Part shown: positions 7,034 to 15,649 of the stretch, piece after piece
Position numbering within the stretch: the stretch's first letter is position 1
Layout: every line of letters begins with the position of its first letter
Assembly (NCBI GenBank): GCA_046536675.1
Contig: JAWDMK010000001.1
Coordinates: 1-61,249, forward strand
From: Candidatus Micrarchaeota archaeon
GTDB lineage: Archaea > Micrarchaeota > Micrarchaeia > Micrarchaeales > CABMGC01
Direction: 5' to 3'
Length of the DNA stretch: 61,249 nucleotides
The notes under the pieces: model-generated
The model's input: only the letters and a program-made list of their open reading frames with translations
Told to the model about the DNA's origin: nothing
Databases searched by the model: none
Position numbers and translations under genes: made by a program

Positions 7034-8570
7034 ATATTATAATTGCACTAAGCCAAAGACCTATGACAGGGAGCTTGTATAGAACCTTTCTCAAGAGTTC
7101 AAGCTCCTTCCTGCTTATTGCATTGAACAAGCCCAAAAGGATAGGGTAGATAAATATAACTGCTATTAATCCAAGGAGCAGCTGGTATGTTGCTTTAATA
7201 TTGATAAATATAATAGGTATGAGGAGAAGGGCCAGTACAAGGTTTGCGATTATTATGCCCGCGAGGTTGAGCTGAACCTTTATCTTAAGAACGTGCCTTA
7301 TAAAATTGAGATAAAGGATATCAGCAACAATACCACCAATATAATAAAGAGCTATTATCAATCCGTTTACACTAAGAAACGGAACTAGTATTAGAAGAGA
7401 GAGTAACTCAATTACACTTGTGGCTATGCCATATGCAAACACTTTTTTAATATAGCCCGCGCTGACGGCAAGTAAAGAAGCATAAGAGGCGAAAAGGCCA
7501 AGAAGTATGCCGAAACCAATAAGCGCCATATACAGTGATGCGCCTTTGTATGTGCTTGTAAAGACAGAGATTACAAGTGCGTTTGAAAATACTACTATAT
7601 AGATAACAATAGGTATTGCAAAAAGCAGGCCAAAGTAGATCGAGTAATTATAAAATTTACCTAGCCTATCTTTTATTTCTTTATTAGCTATAACAGCTGA
7701 GAACATAGGTATTAATATAGCGCTTATAGATCCTGTTACAAGGTCTATATAAGTACCAATCTTTGAAGCAACACCATAAAGGCCAACAACACCGGGAAGG
7801 AAAAAGAGACTAAGGTAAAGCACGCTAAAGTTGTTCACAAGGCTACCGACTATACTAGAGGTTGTTAAAGGTATGGAAAAGCTCAGCATCCTTTTCGCTT
7901 CGCCAACTACATTGTTAAATCCTATGCTGCTGTGCTTTGTGATTCTTAAGATCTGGTATATAAAGCCGAAAAATAGGCCAAGCATGCATCCCACGATTGC
8001 ACCAAGCGCACCATAACCAAGAAGAACCAGGGAGATGCTAAATGCTGCTTGGAATGATATGTTTATGACTTGTGCAATTGCGCTTCCTTTACCATCAGCA
8101 AAGCTAATTAGCATATTTATGCCAAGACCAAAAAGGGTGGAGAAGATAAGGTATATCAATGAAAAGTATACCACTGAATCAGTTACTGTGCTGTGAAAGA
8201 AGTAGTAAAGAATTTGCTTTATGAAGAAAGAGCTTACAAGAACAACAGCAAAGATTATTATTAGTGTTATCAATAGTGCTACGCCGAGCATATTTTTTAT
8301 TCTTTCTTTCTCTCCTTTTTGTGAGAGCTCTGGTATGTATTTATTTAGGTACTGGCCTATGCTTATGCTTCCAAACGCACCTATAAATCCAGCCATGCCC
8401 ATTGCAATTGTATAAATGCCGTAGCCTGACGGGCCGAGAAGCCTTGCGACTATTATGAATGTTAAACCACCAACTATTATTGAGAAAGCTTTGCTAAAAA
8501 CAACAAAAGTAGCAACGCTAGCGCTGTTAACACCAAGCTCTGTTGCATTGCTACCTTCATATCCAGGCAT
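6990..8570 (-). CDS. MOP/Wzx-type oligosaccharide flippase (polysaccharide biosynthesis protein), copy 1
   Basis: 526 aa with about 14 TM helices and an N-terminal FIIVARLLGPSGYGIYT motif typical of archaeal Wzx-like proteins. Confidence 0.7.
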   Translation of the reverse strand: MPGYEGSNATELGVNSASVATFVVFSKAFSIIVGGLTFIIVARLLGPSGYGIYTIAMGMAGFIGAFGSISIGQYLNKYIPELSQKGEKERIKNMLGVALLITLIIIFAVVLVSSFFIKQILYYFFHSTVTDSVVYFSLIYLIFSTLFGLGINMLISFADGKGSAIAQVINISFQAAFSISLVLLGYGALGAIVGCMLGLFFGFIYQILRITKHSSIGFNNVVGEAKRMLSFSIPLTTSSIVGSLVNNFSVLYLSLFFLPGVVGLYGVASKIGTYIDLVTGSISAILIPMFSAVIANKEIKDRLGKFYNYSIYFGLLFAIPIVIYIVVFSNALVISVFTSTYKGASLYMALIGFGILLGLFASYASLLAVSAGYIKKVFAYGIATSVIELLSLLILVPFLSVNGLIIALYYIGGIVADILYLNFIRHVLKIKVQLNLAGIIIANLVLALLLIPIIFINIKATYQLLLGLIAVIFIYPILLGLFNAISRKELELLRKVLYKLPVIGLWLSAIIIYAELFQRDKNERKF

Positions 8571-8579
8571 TATACGACC

Positions 8580-10130
8580 TCAATATTTAACGAAATATTT
8601 AACATAATTAATTATAATATTAATAGGCCCTTCTATTAAAGGCAGGCCTTTAGAAAAATTCCTCAAATCTCTAATAAACTCATTTCCTATCAAATGCATT
8701 AGTCCAATGATTATAGGATATGCAAATAAACCTATAATCGATCCTACAATTAAGATAAGCCAAACATTATGCAAAAGAAATGAAGGCAATATTATAAGCA
8801 CGAATATAAGGTTTGCAAAAAATATCTTTGCTATATCCATTATTGCATGCCTTATGTTGAAAAGTTTCTCAACCCCTCGTATAAATAAAAAGTCGTTTAC
8901 TAAACCTCCTATTATGAAGAGGCTTAATATTACACCTATAGCCTTCAAGTAAGGAATTAAGCAAAGAAGCGCTATTAATTGTATGATTACGGAAATTGTG
9001 TTATATTTTAGCACTTTTGTAACATATCCTTTACTTACCATGAAACTTGATATATACAAAGCTGGCAAGCCGATAGCAACACCAATAGAGATCAATAGCA
9101 AGTATAGAGGAGCGAGACTGTATTTATTAGTAACTAAAATGTAGAGTAGGGGTTTTGCAAATATACCTATATACATTATTATAGGGAGACTTACCAGTAA
9201 TGAGTATGTGATCACCTTGTTGTAAGACCTTTCTATCTTTTTTCTTCTTGCAACTATAGCAGCAAACGTAGGAAGCAGCACCACCCCAGTTGTACCGGTG
9301 AAGGTCTGAATTAGGTTAAACCCTTTCATTGCTGCGCCATAGTTACCAAGTATAACAGATGATGTATATATACCCAGCATCATTATTCCAAAATTTAGTA
9401 TTCCATTGTTTACAAAGTTGTTTGCAGCCATAGGAAGAGAAAAAGAAAGCACATTTTTAATTTTGCTAAAACTAAGCCTAATAAGCCTTAGACCGCCAAA
9501 GGGCTCCATCGCTCTTTTAATGTAATAAGCTGTCAAGGCCAAACCAACAAGGTAGGACAACATTAATCCAAGAAGTGCACCATTGTAGCTTAGCCCAATA
9601 AGTATGAAGGATACACTCCCTACTAGATTAACGACCTGTACTATTATTATGCTATATGCAGCCCATTTGCCTCTCCCAAAGCTTACAAGTGCAGGATATA
9701 AAGCACCGTAAGTCATGGAGAAGAATAAGACAACTGAGGCAATGATTATAGTTAATACATGCAGTGACTGAGATCTAAAGTAAGAGGCGATCACTCCGCT
9801 TGAGGCAATACCAACTAGCATTAGTAAAATTGCAACAGGAAATAGAATAGAATATCCTGCTGATAAGACCTCGTTTAGTTTTTCATACTTTTCTTTGTAT
9901 ATATATTCGGATATGTGTTTATTGAAATATGTGCCTATTCCAAGATGGCCCACAGCGCCTATGAATGAATATATACCTACAGCTAATGTGTAAATACCAT
10001 AGTTAGACGGGCCGAGAAGCCTTGCGACTATTATGAATGTGATCACATTGAATATAACGCCACCAGCCCGCCCTATAAGTAACGATGATAATGTTCTTAC
10101 GCTCCTTCTTCCTATGCTTTCATTCTTCAT
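8580..10130 (-). CDS. MOP/Wzx-type oligosaccharide flippase, copy 2 (tandem paralog)
   Basis: Same architecture as copy 1, with FIIVARLLGPSNYGIYT. The ORF-track start is 10220. Met31 (MKNESIGRR, ATG at 10130-10128) aligns with the start of copy 1. Confidence 0.7.
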   Translation of the reverse strand: MKNESIGRRSVRTLSSLLIGRAGGVIFNVITFIIVARLLGPSNYGIYTLAVGIYSFIGAVGHLGIGTYFNKHISEYIYKEKYEKLNEVLSAGYSILFPVAILLMLVGIASSGVIASYFRSQSLHVLTIIIASVVLFFSMTYGALYPALVSFGRGKWAAYSIIIVQVVNLVGSVSFILIGLSYNGALLGLMLSYLVGLALTAYYIKRAMEPFGGLRLIRLSFSKIKNVLSFSLPMAANNFVNNGILNFGIMMLGIYTSSVILGNYGAAMKGFNLIQTFTGTTGVVLLPTFAAIVARRKKIERSYNKVITYSLLVSLPIIMYIGIFAKPLLYILVTNKYSLAPLYLLLISIGVAIGLPALYISSFMVSKGYVTKVLKYNTISVIIQLIALLCLIPYLKAIGVILSLFIIGGLVNDFLFIRGVEKLFNIRHAIMDIAKIFFANLIFVLIILPSFLLHNVWLILIVGSIIGLFAYPIIIGLMHLIGNEFIRDLRNFSKGLPLIEGPINIIINYVKYFVKY

Positions 10131-10304
10131 AAAAACTAAAACAGAATAAGAAAAGAGAATTTTTAATTCTTCCCGCTTTCCTTTTGTATGAAAATTATAA
10201 GAGTATAACAGAATTTGCACAAAAGATTTATATAAATTAAGCTATAATTTAAATCTGGAGTGGGCACCAGTATATTAAAGATATAATATTGGTGGAGTGG
10301 GAGT

Positions 10305-10550
10305 ATGGTAGAGGAGAGTGTGGCTGAGGGCGAATTATATGAGGTAAAGGTTGATGCAAAGAACCCAAATGGAGAAGGAATAGGCAAGCTAAACAACTTC
10401 GTAATCTTCATAAGGAATGCAAAAACAAAAATAGGAAAAGTATATAAAGTTAGAATAACAAAAGTCTATAGAACTTTTGCATATGCAGAACCAATAGAAG
10501 CAAGCGAAAGCAATAAGTATTTTATAGGTAATGGAACATTAATAATCTGA
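10305..10550 (+). CDS. Small TRAM-domain RNA-binding protein
   Basis: 81 aa. GELYEVKV....NGEGIGK...FVIFI..A..G..YKVRITKV is a TRAM beta-barrel pattern. A GGTGGAGTGGGAG Shine-Dalgarno-like tract sits just upstream. Confidence 0.65.
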   Translation: MVEESVAEGELYEVKVDAKNPNGEGIGKLNNFVIFIRNAKTKIGKVYKVRITKVYRTFAYAEPIEASESNKYFIGNGTLII

Positions 10551-10585
10551 GCTGGTTTACTTTATTCTGTATTTTTATTTAACAA

Positions 10586-11233
10586 ATGGTAGATTTTATG
10601 GATTATAGAGAAATAGCAGAGAAGGCAATGAAAGGTACCACAACAATTGGCATAGTATGCAGCGATGGAGTTGTAATGGGCGCTGATTCAAGAGCAACGA
10701 TGGATACATTTATTGCAAGCTCTGAAGCAATAAAAATTTATAAGATCAATGATAGGCTTGGTCTTACTGTAGCTGGAGAAGTTGGAGGTGCAGAATATCT
10801 TGCAAAGCTATTGAAAGTGCAAAATGATAGTTATATGATGGAGGAGAAGGTTCCACTTAATCCAACTTCTGCAACCTCAATACTACATATAATACTGCAG
10901 GAGAACAAGATGTTTCCATTTCTGGTACAGCTTCTCGTAGGAGGTTTCAACAAAGAGACGCCAGAGCTTTATAGCATTGACCCGGTTGGAGGCTATACTA
11001 AAGAGTCAAAGTTTACATCTACAGGATCTGGCTCACTAACAGCGCTCGGCTACTTAGAAGAAGCATATAGAAAAGATATTACAACACAAGAAGCTACAAA
11101 AGTGGTTGCAAAAGCACTGAAGATAGCCATGAAGAGAGACTCTGCCACGGGAGATAGGACAAATATAGTTACAATAACTAAAAATGGTTACAAGGAGCTT
11201 TCACAAGAGGAGATAGAGAAGCTTCTAAAATGA
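10586..11233 (+). CDS. psmB: Proteasome beta subunit
   Basis: The propeptide ends in G-TTT(IGI), the Thr1 nucleophile context, followed by GADSRAT. 215 aa. Confidence 0.9.
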   Translation: MVDFMDYREIAEKAMKGTTTIGIVCSDGVVMGADSRATMDTFIASSEAIKIYKINDRLGLTVAGEVGGAEYLAKLLKVQNDSYMMEEKVPLNPTSATSILHIILQENKMFPFLVQLLVGGFNKETPELYSIDPVGGYTKESKFTSTGSGSLTALGYLEEAYRKDITTQEATKVVAKALKIAMKRDSATGDRTNIVTITKNGYKELSQEEIEKLLK

Positions 11234-11328
11234 TTTTATCTTAAATTCTGTTTACTTTTGTTTTGATATTTATTTTCCCTTTCCTTTAATTTTTGCATTT
11301 GTACCAGCAAAAGTAGTGAGGCGGTTGT

Positions 11329-13287
11329 TTGGATGTAGAAAATGAGAATAGCAAACAGGAGACAGCAAAAGAAAAAGATTTGATAGAGACATTGAAGGAG
11401 GTACTGCCCAAAAATGTAGGGCTCGTAAAGGCAGAGTATGAAGGGCCAGATATTGCAGTATATGTAAGCAATATAGAAGCAGTATATGATGATGAATCAC
11501 TTGTCAAGAACCTCTCTTCGATGATAAAAAGAAAGCTTATTATAAGAAGCGACCCTTCAAAGCTGTTGGATCCGGAGAAGGCAAAAGAAAAGATATCGGA
11601 GCTTATTCCGAAGGAAGCGGAAGTAGGCAACATAAAGTTTGTGCCTGATTTCGGCGAGGTTTATATAGAAGCACTTAAGCCAGGACTAGTAATAGGAAAG
11701 GGAGGCTCAACGCTTAAGAGTATAATAAATGAGACAAAATGGGTACCTAAGGTGTTAAGAATACCTACAATGAATAGCGATGTTATAAACGGAGTAAGGC
11801 AGCTATTATTCAAAGAGAGCGAATTCAGGAAAAAGTTCCTAACGAGCGTTGGAAAAAAGATAAGCACACCAATAATGAAGACAGAATGGCTGAAGGCTAC
11901 AGCCCTTGGTGGTTTCAGAGAGGTTGGAAGAAGCAGTCTTCTTCTTGAAACGAACCACTCAAAAATATTGATAGATTGTGGACTCGCTCCAGAACCAGGG
12001 GTAAGGGGTGCTGATGCAAACAGCAATGGTGAGAACAAGGCGTATCCTTATCTTGATAGCGCAAATATAACCATAAATGACCTTGATGCAATAATAATAA
12101 CCCATGCACATATGGATCACATAGGATTTTTGCCTTACCTGTTTAAGTATGGCTATGATGGTCCTGTCTACTGCACACCACCAACAAGAGAGTTGATGGC
12201 TTTACTATTGTATGATTACGTTAAGCTCGTACATAGAAGCGGGGGAACACCTTTATATGATGAGAAGGACATAAAGAAGATGCTCACGCATACAATAACA
12301 AGAGAGTATGGAGAGGTAACAAATGTTACAGATGAGATAAAGCTCACATACCATAATGCTGGGCATATACTTGGAAGCGCTGTAGTGCATTTGCATATAG
12401 GAGAAGGCATGTATAATATAGTGCACACAGGCGACATGAAGTTTGGTTACACGCGATTGCTAGACCCTGCAGATGTGAAATATCCAAGGATAGATGCACT
12501 TTTTATAGAAAGCACTTATGGAGCGGCATCGGATGTTATGCCAAATAGGCAGGATTCTGAGATTATGCTCATGGATAACATTAAGAGAACAATCGATAAT
12601 GGGGGCAAAGTGCTCATACCGTTATTCTCTGTAGGAAGAAGCCAGGAGATTATGCTTGTTTTAGAAGCCTATCTAAGCAATAATCCTAAGTACAAGATAG
12701 AAGCTCCGATATATCTTGACGGCATGATACTTGAGGCTAGCGCTATACACACCGCTTATCCAGAATACTTAAAGGCAAGCCTGCAGCACAGAATACTTAG
12801 CAATAGGTCGCCTTTTGAGAGTGAGATATTTGAGGTTGCAAAAGGAGAAAAAGATGAAGTGCTAGAAAAAGGTCCATCTATTATATTGGCAAGCGGAGGC
12901 ATGCTCAACGGTGGCACAAGCCTTGATTACTTGGTAGAGATGGCTGAAGATCCAAAGAACATGCTTATCTTTGTAGGTTACAACAGTGTAGGCTCACTTG
13001 GAAGAAGAATACAGAATGGCTTAAAGGAGCTTACAGTGCCTGATGAAGAGGGCAAGCTCATACACAAGAACATAAACATGCAGGTTGTCACTGTAGAAGG
13101 CTTTTCAGGCCATAGCGATAGAAAACAGCTCATAAACTTCACGCAAAATATTAGGCCAGGGCCTAAGAAAATCTTTACGATGCATGGTGAAGAAAACAAA
13201 TGCGAAGACCTTGCAAGAACATTAGGCAATAGGCTTAGGGTAGAGGCTAGGGCTCCGATGAACTTAGATTCTATAAGGCTTAAGTAA
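11329..13287 (+). CDS. aCPSF1: KH-domain plus metallo-beta-lactamase/beta-CASP ribonuclease (archaeal transcription-termination/RNA-processing factor)
   Basis: 652 aa. N-terminal KH region (GLVIGKGGSTLK), MBL motif HAHMDH, and a beta-CASP C-terminus. TTG start at 11329 with GTGAGGCGG upstream. Confidence 0.9.
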   Translation: MDVENENSKQETAKEKDLIETLKEVLPKNVGLVKAEYEGPDIAVYVSNIEAVYDDESLVKNLSSMIKRKLIIRSDPSKLLDPEKAKEKISELIPKEAEVGNIKFVPDFGEVYIEALKPGLVIGKGGSTLKSIINETKWVPKVLRIPTMNSDVINGVRQLLFKESEFRKKFLTSVGKKISTPIMKTEWLKATALGGFREVGRSSLLLETNHSKILIDCGLAPEPGVRGADANSNGENKAYPYLDSANITINDLDAIIITHAHMDHIGFLPYLFKYGYDGPVYCTPPTRELMALLLYDYVKLVHRSGGTPLYDEKDIKKMLTHTITREYGEVTNVTDEIKLTYHNAGHILGSAVVHLHIGEGMYNIVHTGDMKFGYTRLLDPADVKYPRIDALFIESTYGAASDVMPNRQDSEIMLMDNIKRTIDNGGKVLIPLFSVGRSQEIMLVLEAYLSNNPKYKIEAPIYLDGMILEASAIHTAYPEYLKASLQHRILSNRSPFESEIFEVAKGEKDEVLEKGPSIILASGGMLNGGTSLDYLVEMAEDPKNMLIFVGYNSVGSLGRRIQNGLKELTVPDEEGKLIHKNINMQVVTVEGFSGHSDRKQLINFTQNIRPGPKKIFTMHGEENKCEDLARTLGNRLRVEARAPMNLDSIRLK

Positions 13288-13767
13288 ATGAGAATTGTAG
13301 CAGACAACATGCTTGTTAAGCTTGCGCGTTGGCTAAGGCTAGGCGGAATAAGCGTAGAAAACACGCCATATACTGATGACAGCAAGATAATAAGCTTTGT
13401 AAAGAGAAAAAGGGCACTACTTTTGACTTCAGATAAGCAACTTGCTAGAAGGTCAAGAAGAAGGGGCTTCGATGTTCTTCTTATAAATAATACTAATCTA
13501 GATAAGCAACTAGCGTATGTTATAAAAGCACTTAGCTTAAAGCCAAAGGTACCTGGTATGATATGTCCTGTCTGCAACGGCAAGCTTAAGAGGGTAAGTA
13601 AAAGTAGCGTAAAGGATTTGATACCGAAAAAGGTCTATGCTTTGCATAAAAGCTTTTATAAATGCAATAAGTGTGGAAGGATATATTGGAGGGGAACACA
13701 TTGGGAAAAGATAAAAGAAAGATACAAAAGAGTCAAAGCATTAGAAAGAAAGATTAGCCTATCATAG
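13288..13767 (+). CDS. Mut7-C/DUF82 PIN-like RNase domain protein with a C-terminal zinc ribbon
   Basis: MRIVADNMLVKLARWLRLGG opening, which is the typical Mut7-C N-terminus, plus CPVCNG...CNKCGRIYW. Its start abuts the aCPSF1 stop (TAAATG). Confidence 0.6.
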   Translation: MRIVADNMLVKLARWLRLGGISVENTPYTDDSKIISFVKRKRALLLTSDKQLARRSRRRGFDVLLINNTNLDKQLAYVIKALSLKPKVPGMICPVCNGKLKRVSKSSVKDLIPKKVYALHKSFYKCNKCGRIYWRGTHWEKIKERYKRVKALERKISLS

Positions 13768-14007
13768 AAGGCTCTCTTCCTCGACTTCAACCTCTTTAAC
13801 ACCTTCAATATTCTTAAGCTTCTCTTCAAATACAGAACTTCCTTCTGTATCGTCATGTATAAAAAGAACCTTTATCACCTTAATACCAAATGCTATATCC
13901 TCTAGCTGTATGCCGTTTGGCTTAAGTGCTTCTGCTATCCTCTTACTTACTTTTTCTTCTTCTCCATTTTCAGGATATACTTTGAATACAACTCCAACCT
14001 TGCCCAT
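13762..14007 (-). CDS. Translation elongation factor aEF-1 beta
   Basis: 81 aa. [13 protein letters not shown]...FGIK......D.EG.....E..L..IEGV matches aEF-1beta in size and pattern. Confidence 0.85.
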   Translation of the reverse strand: MGKVGVVFKVYPENGEEEKVSKRIAEALKPNGIQLEDIAFGIKVIKVLFIHDDTEGSSVFEEKLKNIEGVKEVEVEEESLL

Positions 14008-14195
14008 TATGGTCCCTCAAATCCACATTTTGGACATTTATAGCTCACATAAGCCTCTCTGCAGTGCTCGCACCTCACTATTGTGGCTTCGCCGCATTTC
14101 GGGCACTTGAATTCAACATATTTATGAGAGAGTTTTCCGCATGATGTGCAGACTTTACCTACTAGTGATGCTATAAAACCACCTTTGAAAAACAA
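14007..14195 (-). CDS. Zn-ribbon protein of the type commonly paired with aEF-1 beta (COG2888-like)
   Basis: Four CxxC pairs (CTSCG, CPKCG, CEHC, CPKCG) in 62 aa, overlapping the EF-1beta start by 1 nt. Confidence 0.6.
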   Translation of the reverse strand: MFFKGGFIASLVGKVCTSCGKLSHKYVEFKCPKCGEATIVRCEHCREAYVSYKCPKCGFEGP

Positions 14196-14205
14196 AGATA
14201 TATAC

Positions 14206-14214
14206 TTTTTAAAA
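14206..14214 (+). promoter_or_regulatory. TATA-like box upstream of tRNA-Arg
   Basis: TTTTTAAAA lies 26-34 nt upstream of the tRNA 5' end at 14240. Confidence 0.3.
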
Positions 14215-14239
14215 TGAAAACATATAAAAATATAAGTGT

Positions 14240-14314
14240 GGGCATATGGTGTAACTTGGATAGCACGGCAGCTTGCGGAGCTGTTGGTTGCGGGTTCAAA
14301 TCCCGCTATGCCCG
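14240..14314 (+). tRNA. tRNA-Arg (anticodon GCG), uninterrupted
   Basis: 75 nt. Acceptor GGGCATA/TATGCCC, D stem GTGT/GCAC, anticodon arm GCAGC-TTGCGGA-GCTGT, T arm GCGGG-TTCAAAT-CCCGC. Confidence 0.9.
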
Positions 14315-14389
14315 CTTATGCTATATTAAAGCCAAAATCAAGTAAATATAAGAGAAAAATTAGAAAAACAAAACTCAAAAAACAAAAAT

Positions 14390-14614
14390 TTACCTTCTGC
14401 CCTTTCTGTTCATCTTTGCCCTTGCTACGTAGCCGTTCTTGTCTATGAAGTAGAGGTAACCCTCTTCCCTTTCAATCTTCTCTGTTCCCACTCTGCTCTT
14501 CTTTCCTCTTGGGTTTGTCTTCATAGGCGTTCTCCATACGTAGCCATCCTTTCCTATGTAGTATAGGTAACCGTCTTCCCTTTCAATCTTCTCTTTTCCT
14601 ATTCTTTCAGCCAT
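14390..14614 (-). CDS. Small basic protein made of two tandem repeats of about 37 aa, unknown function
   Basis: 74 aa with the motif EKIERE(D/E)GYLY(Y/F)I.K.GYV.R..M occurring twice. Strong GGGGTGA Shine-Dalgarno site and an AAATTTATAAATATAT box upstream. Confidence 0.6.
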   Translation of the reverse strand: MAERIGKEKIEREDGYLYYIGKDGYVWRTPMKTNPRGKKSRVGTEKIEREEGYLYFIDKNGYVARAKMNRKGRR

Positions 14615-14750
14615 TCATTCACCCCGATTATTAATGAGAGGGATATATTTATAAATTTATCGTCGGAAAATCGAGATAAAAATATATAAAAAAATTAATC
14701 AGCTTTAAACAAAGATATTTAGCCTTTAAGAGCAAAACTTAATTGATTTT

Positions 14751-15491
14751 ATGATAGGAATAAAATTTTTTGAAGAGATAAATCTAAATGGCTATATATT
14801 AATAGAAGGATTTCCGGGAGCAGGACTGGTAGGAGCTATGGCAAATAGCTACATGATAGAAAAGCTTGGTATGAAATATGTTGGCTATATAGACAGTGAG
14901 TCATTTCCGCCGATAGCTGTTATACATAATGCAGTTCCAATGTTCCCAGTAAGGATATACGCTGACAAAGATAGGAAGATTCTTGCAATGATATCAGAGT
15001 TCACAATACAGACAGAGCTTGTACATGAGCTTGGCTACGAGCTTATTGATTTTGTAAGGAAAACAGGCATAAAGGCGATTGTTTCAATAGGAGGCATACC
15101 AGCTGAGAAGCCTAGCAACGACGCTTTTATAGTAAGCACAAATGAAAATATACTTAAGAACGCTATTGCTGCAGGGATAAAGCCGATAGAAGATGGTGTT
15201 GTGGCTGGAGTTAGCGCTGTTCTACTCGCAAATAGCTCTGTACTAGATATACCGATAATAGACCTACTTGTGGAGGTGAACCCAGAGATAACAGATCCAA
15301 AGTATGCTGAGATCGCACTCTCAAGCTTGAAGAAAATAATTAACCTAGATATAGACTTAAGTGAGCTTGAGAAAGAGACTAAAATTGTAGAGGCAAAGAT
15401 TAGACAGATGGTAAAGAAGGCTAAGATCTCACATGAAAGCTACAAGAAGGCAACAGATACTGAAACAACTGGCCCATCCATGTATGCTTGA
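14751..15491 (+). CDS. PAC2-family proteasome assembly chaperone-like protein
   Basis: 246 aa. The LIEGFPGAGLVG N-terminal motif is characteristic of archaeal PAC2 (COG1938) proteins. Confidence 0.7.
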   Translation: MIGIKFFEEINLNGYILIEGFPGAGLVGAMANSYMIEKLGMKYVGYIDSESFPPIAVIHNAVPMFPVRIYADKDRKILAMISEFTIQTELVHELGYELIDFVRKTGIKAIVSIGGIPAEKPSNDAFIVSTNENILKNAIAAGIKPIEDGVVAGVSAVLLANSSVLDIPIIDLLVEVNPEITDPKYAEIALSSLKKIINLDIDLSELEKETKIVEAKIRQMVKKAKISHESYKKATDTETTGPSMYA

Positions 15492-15498
15492 ACCTTCT

Positions 15499-15601
15499 GC
15501 AGGGGTGGCAGAGTCTGGTCTGGCTTTAGCCACAGAAAAATGCGCAGGACTTAAGATCCTGTGGCTTAGCGCCTTCGAGAGTTCAAATCTCTCCCCCTGC
15601 A
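15499..15601 (+). tRNA. tRNA-Leu (anticodon UAA), class II, with an insertion of about 16 nt in the D-loop
   Basis: Acceptor GCAGGGG/CCCCTGC with A73, anticodon arm CAGGA-CTTAAGA-TCCTG (TAA at 15552-15554), T arm GAGAG-TTCAAAT-CTCTC. The region between D-stem halves GCA and TGC is 30 nt (15511-15540), against about 12-14 expected. Confidence 0.8.
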
Positions 15602-15649
15602 ACTCTAGATAAATTTTATAAGCTTTAAACAAGATACAAATTCGATTAT

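Noticed and set aside
10256-10301. Direct repeat TGGAGTGGG at 10256-10264 and 10293-10301, upstream of the TRAM gene
   Set aside because: The second copy is simply the Shine-Dalgarno region. A 9-nt repeat in a short intergenic region is weak evidence for anything more.
12978-13583. 201-aa minus-strand ORF, one of the longest unassigned ORFs
   Set aside because: It is antisense to the aCPSF1 3' end and the Mut7-C gene, both of which have clear motifs. The translation is Ser/Leu-rich, typical of the antisense frame of K/E-rich AT-biased genes. The same reasoning applies to 50215-50802 (195 aa, antisense to rpoB'), 52276-52752, 27806-28252, 58149-58577 and the other short antisense ORFs in the track.
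14236-14448. 70-aa plus-strand ORF starting with GTG
   Set aside because: Its first 26 codons are the tRNA-Arg gene. The remainder is antisense to the well-supported repeat-protein gene.
15429-15632. 67-aa minus-strand ORF
   Set aside because: It is antisense to tRNA-Leu and to the PAC2 3' end, and has no start context.
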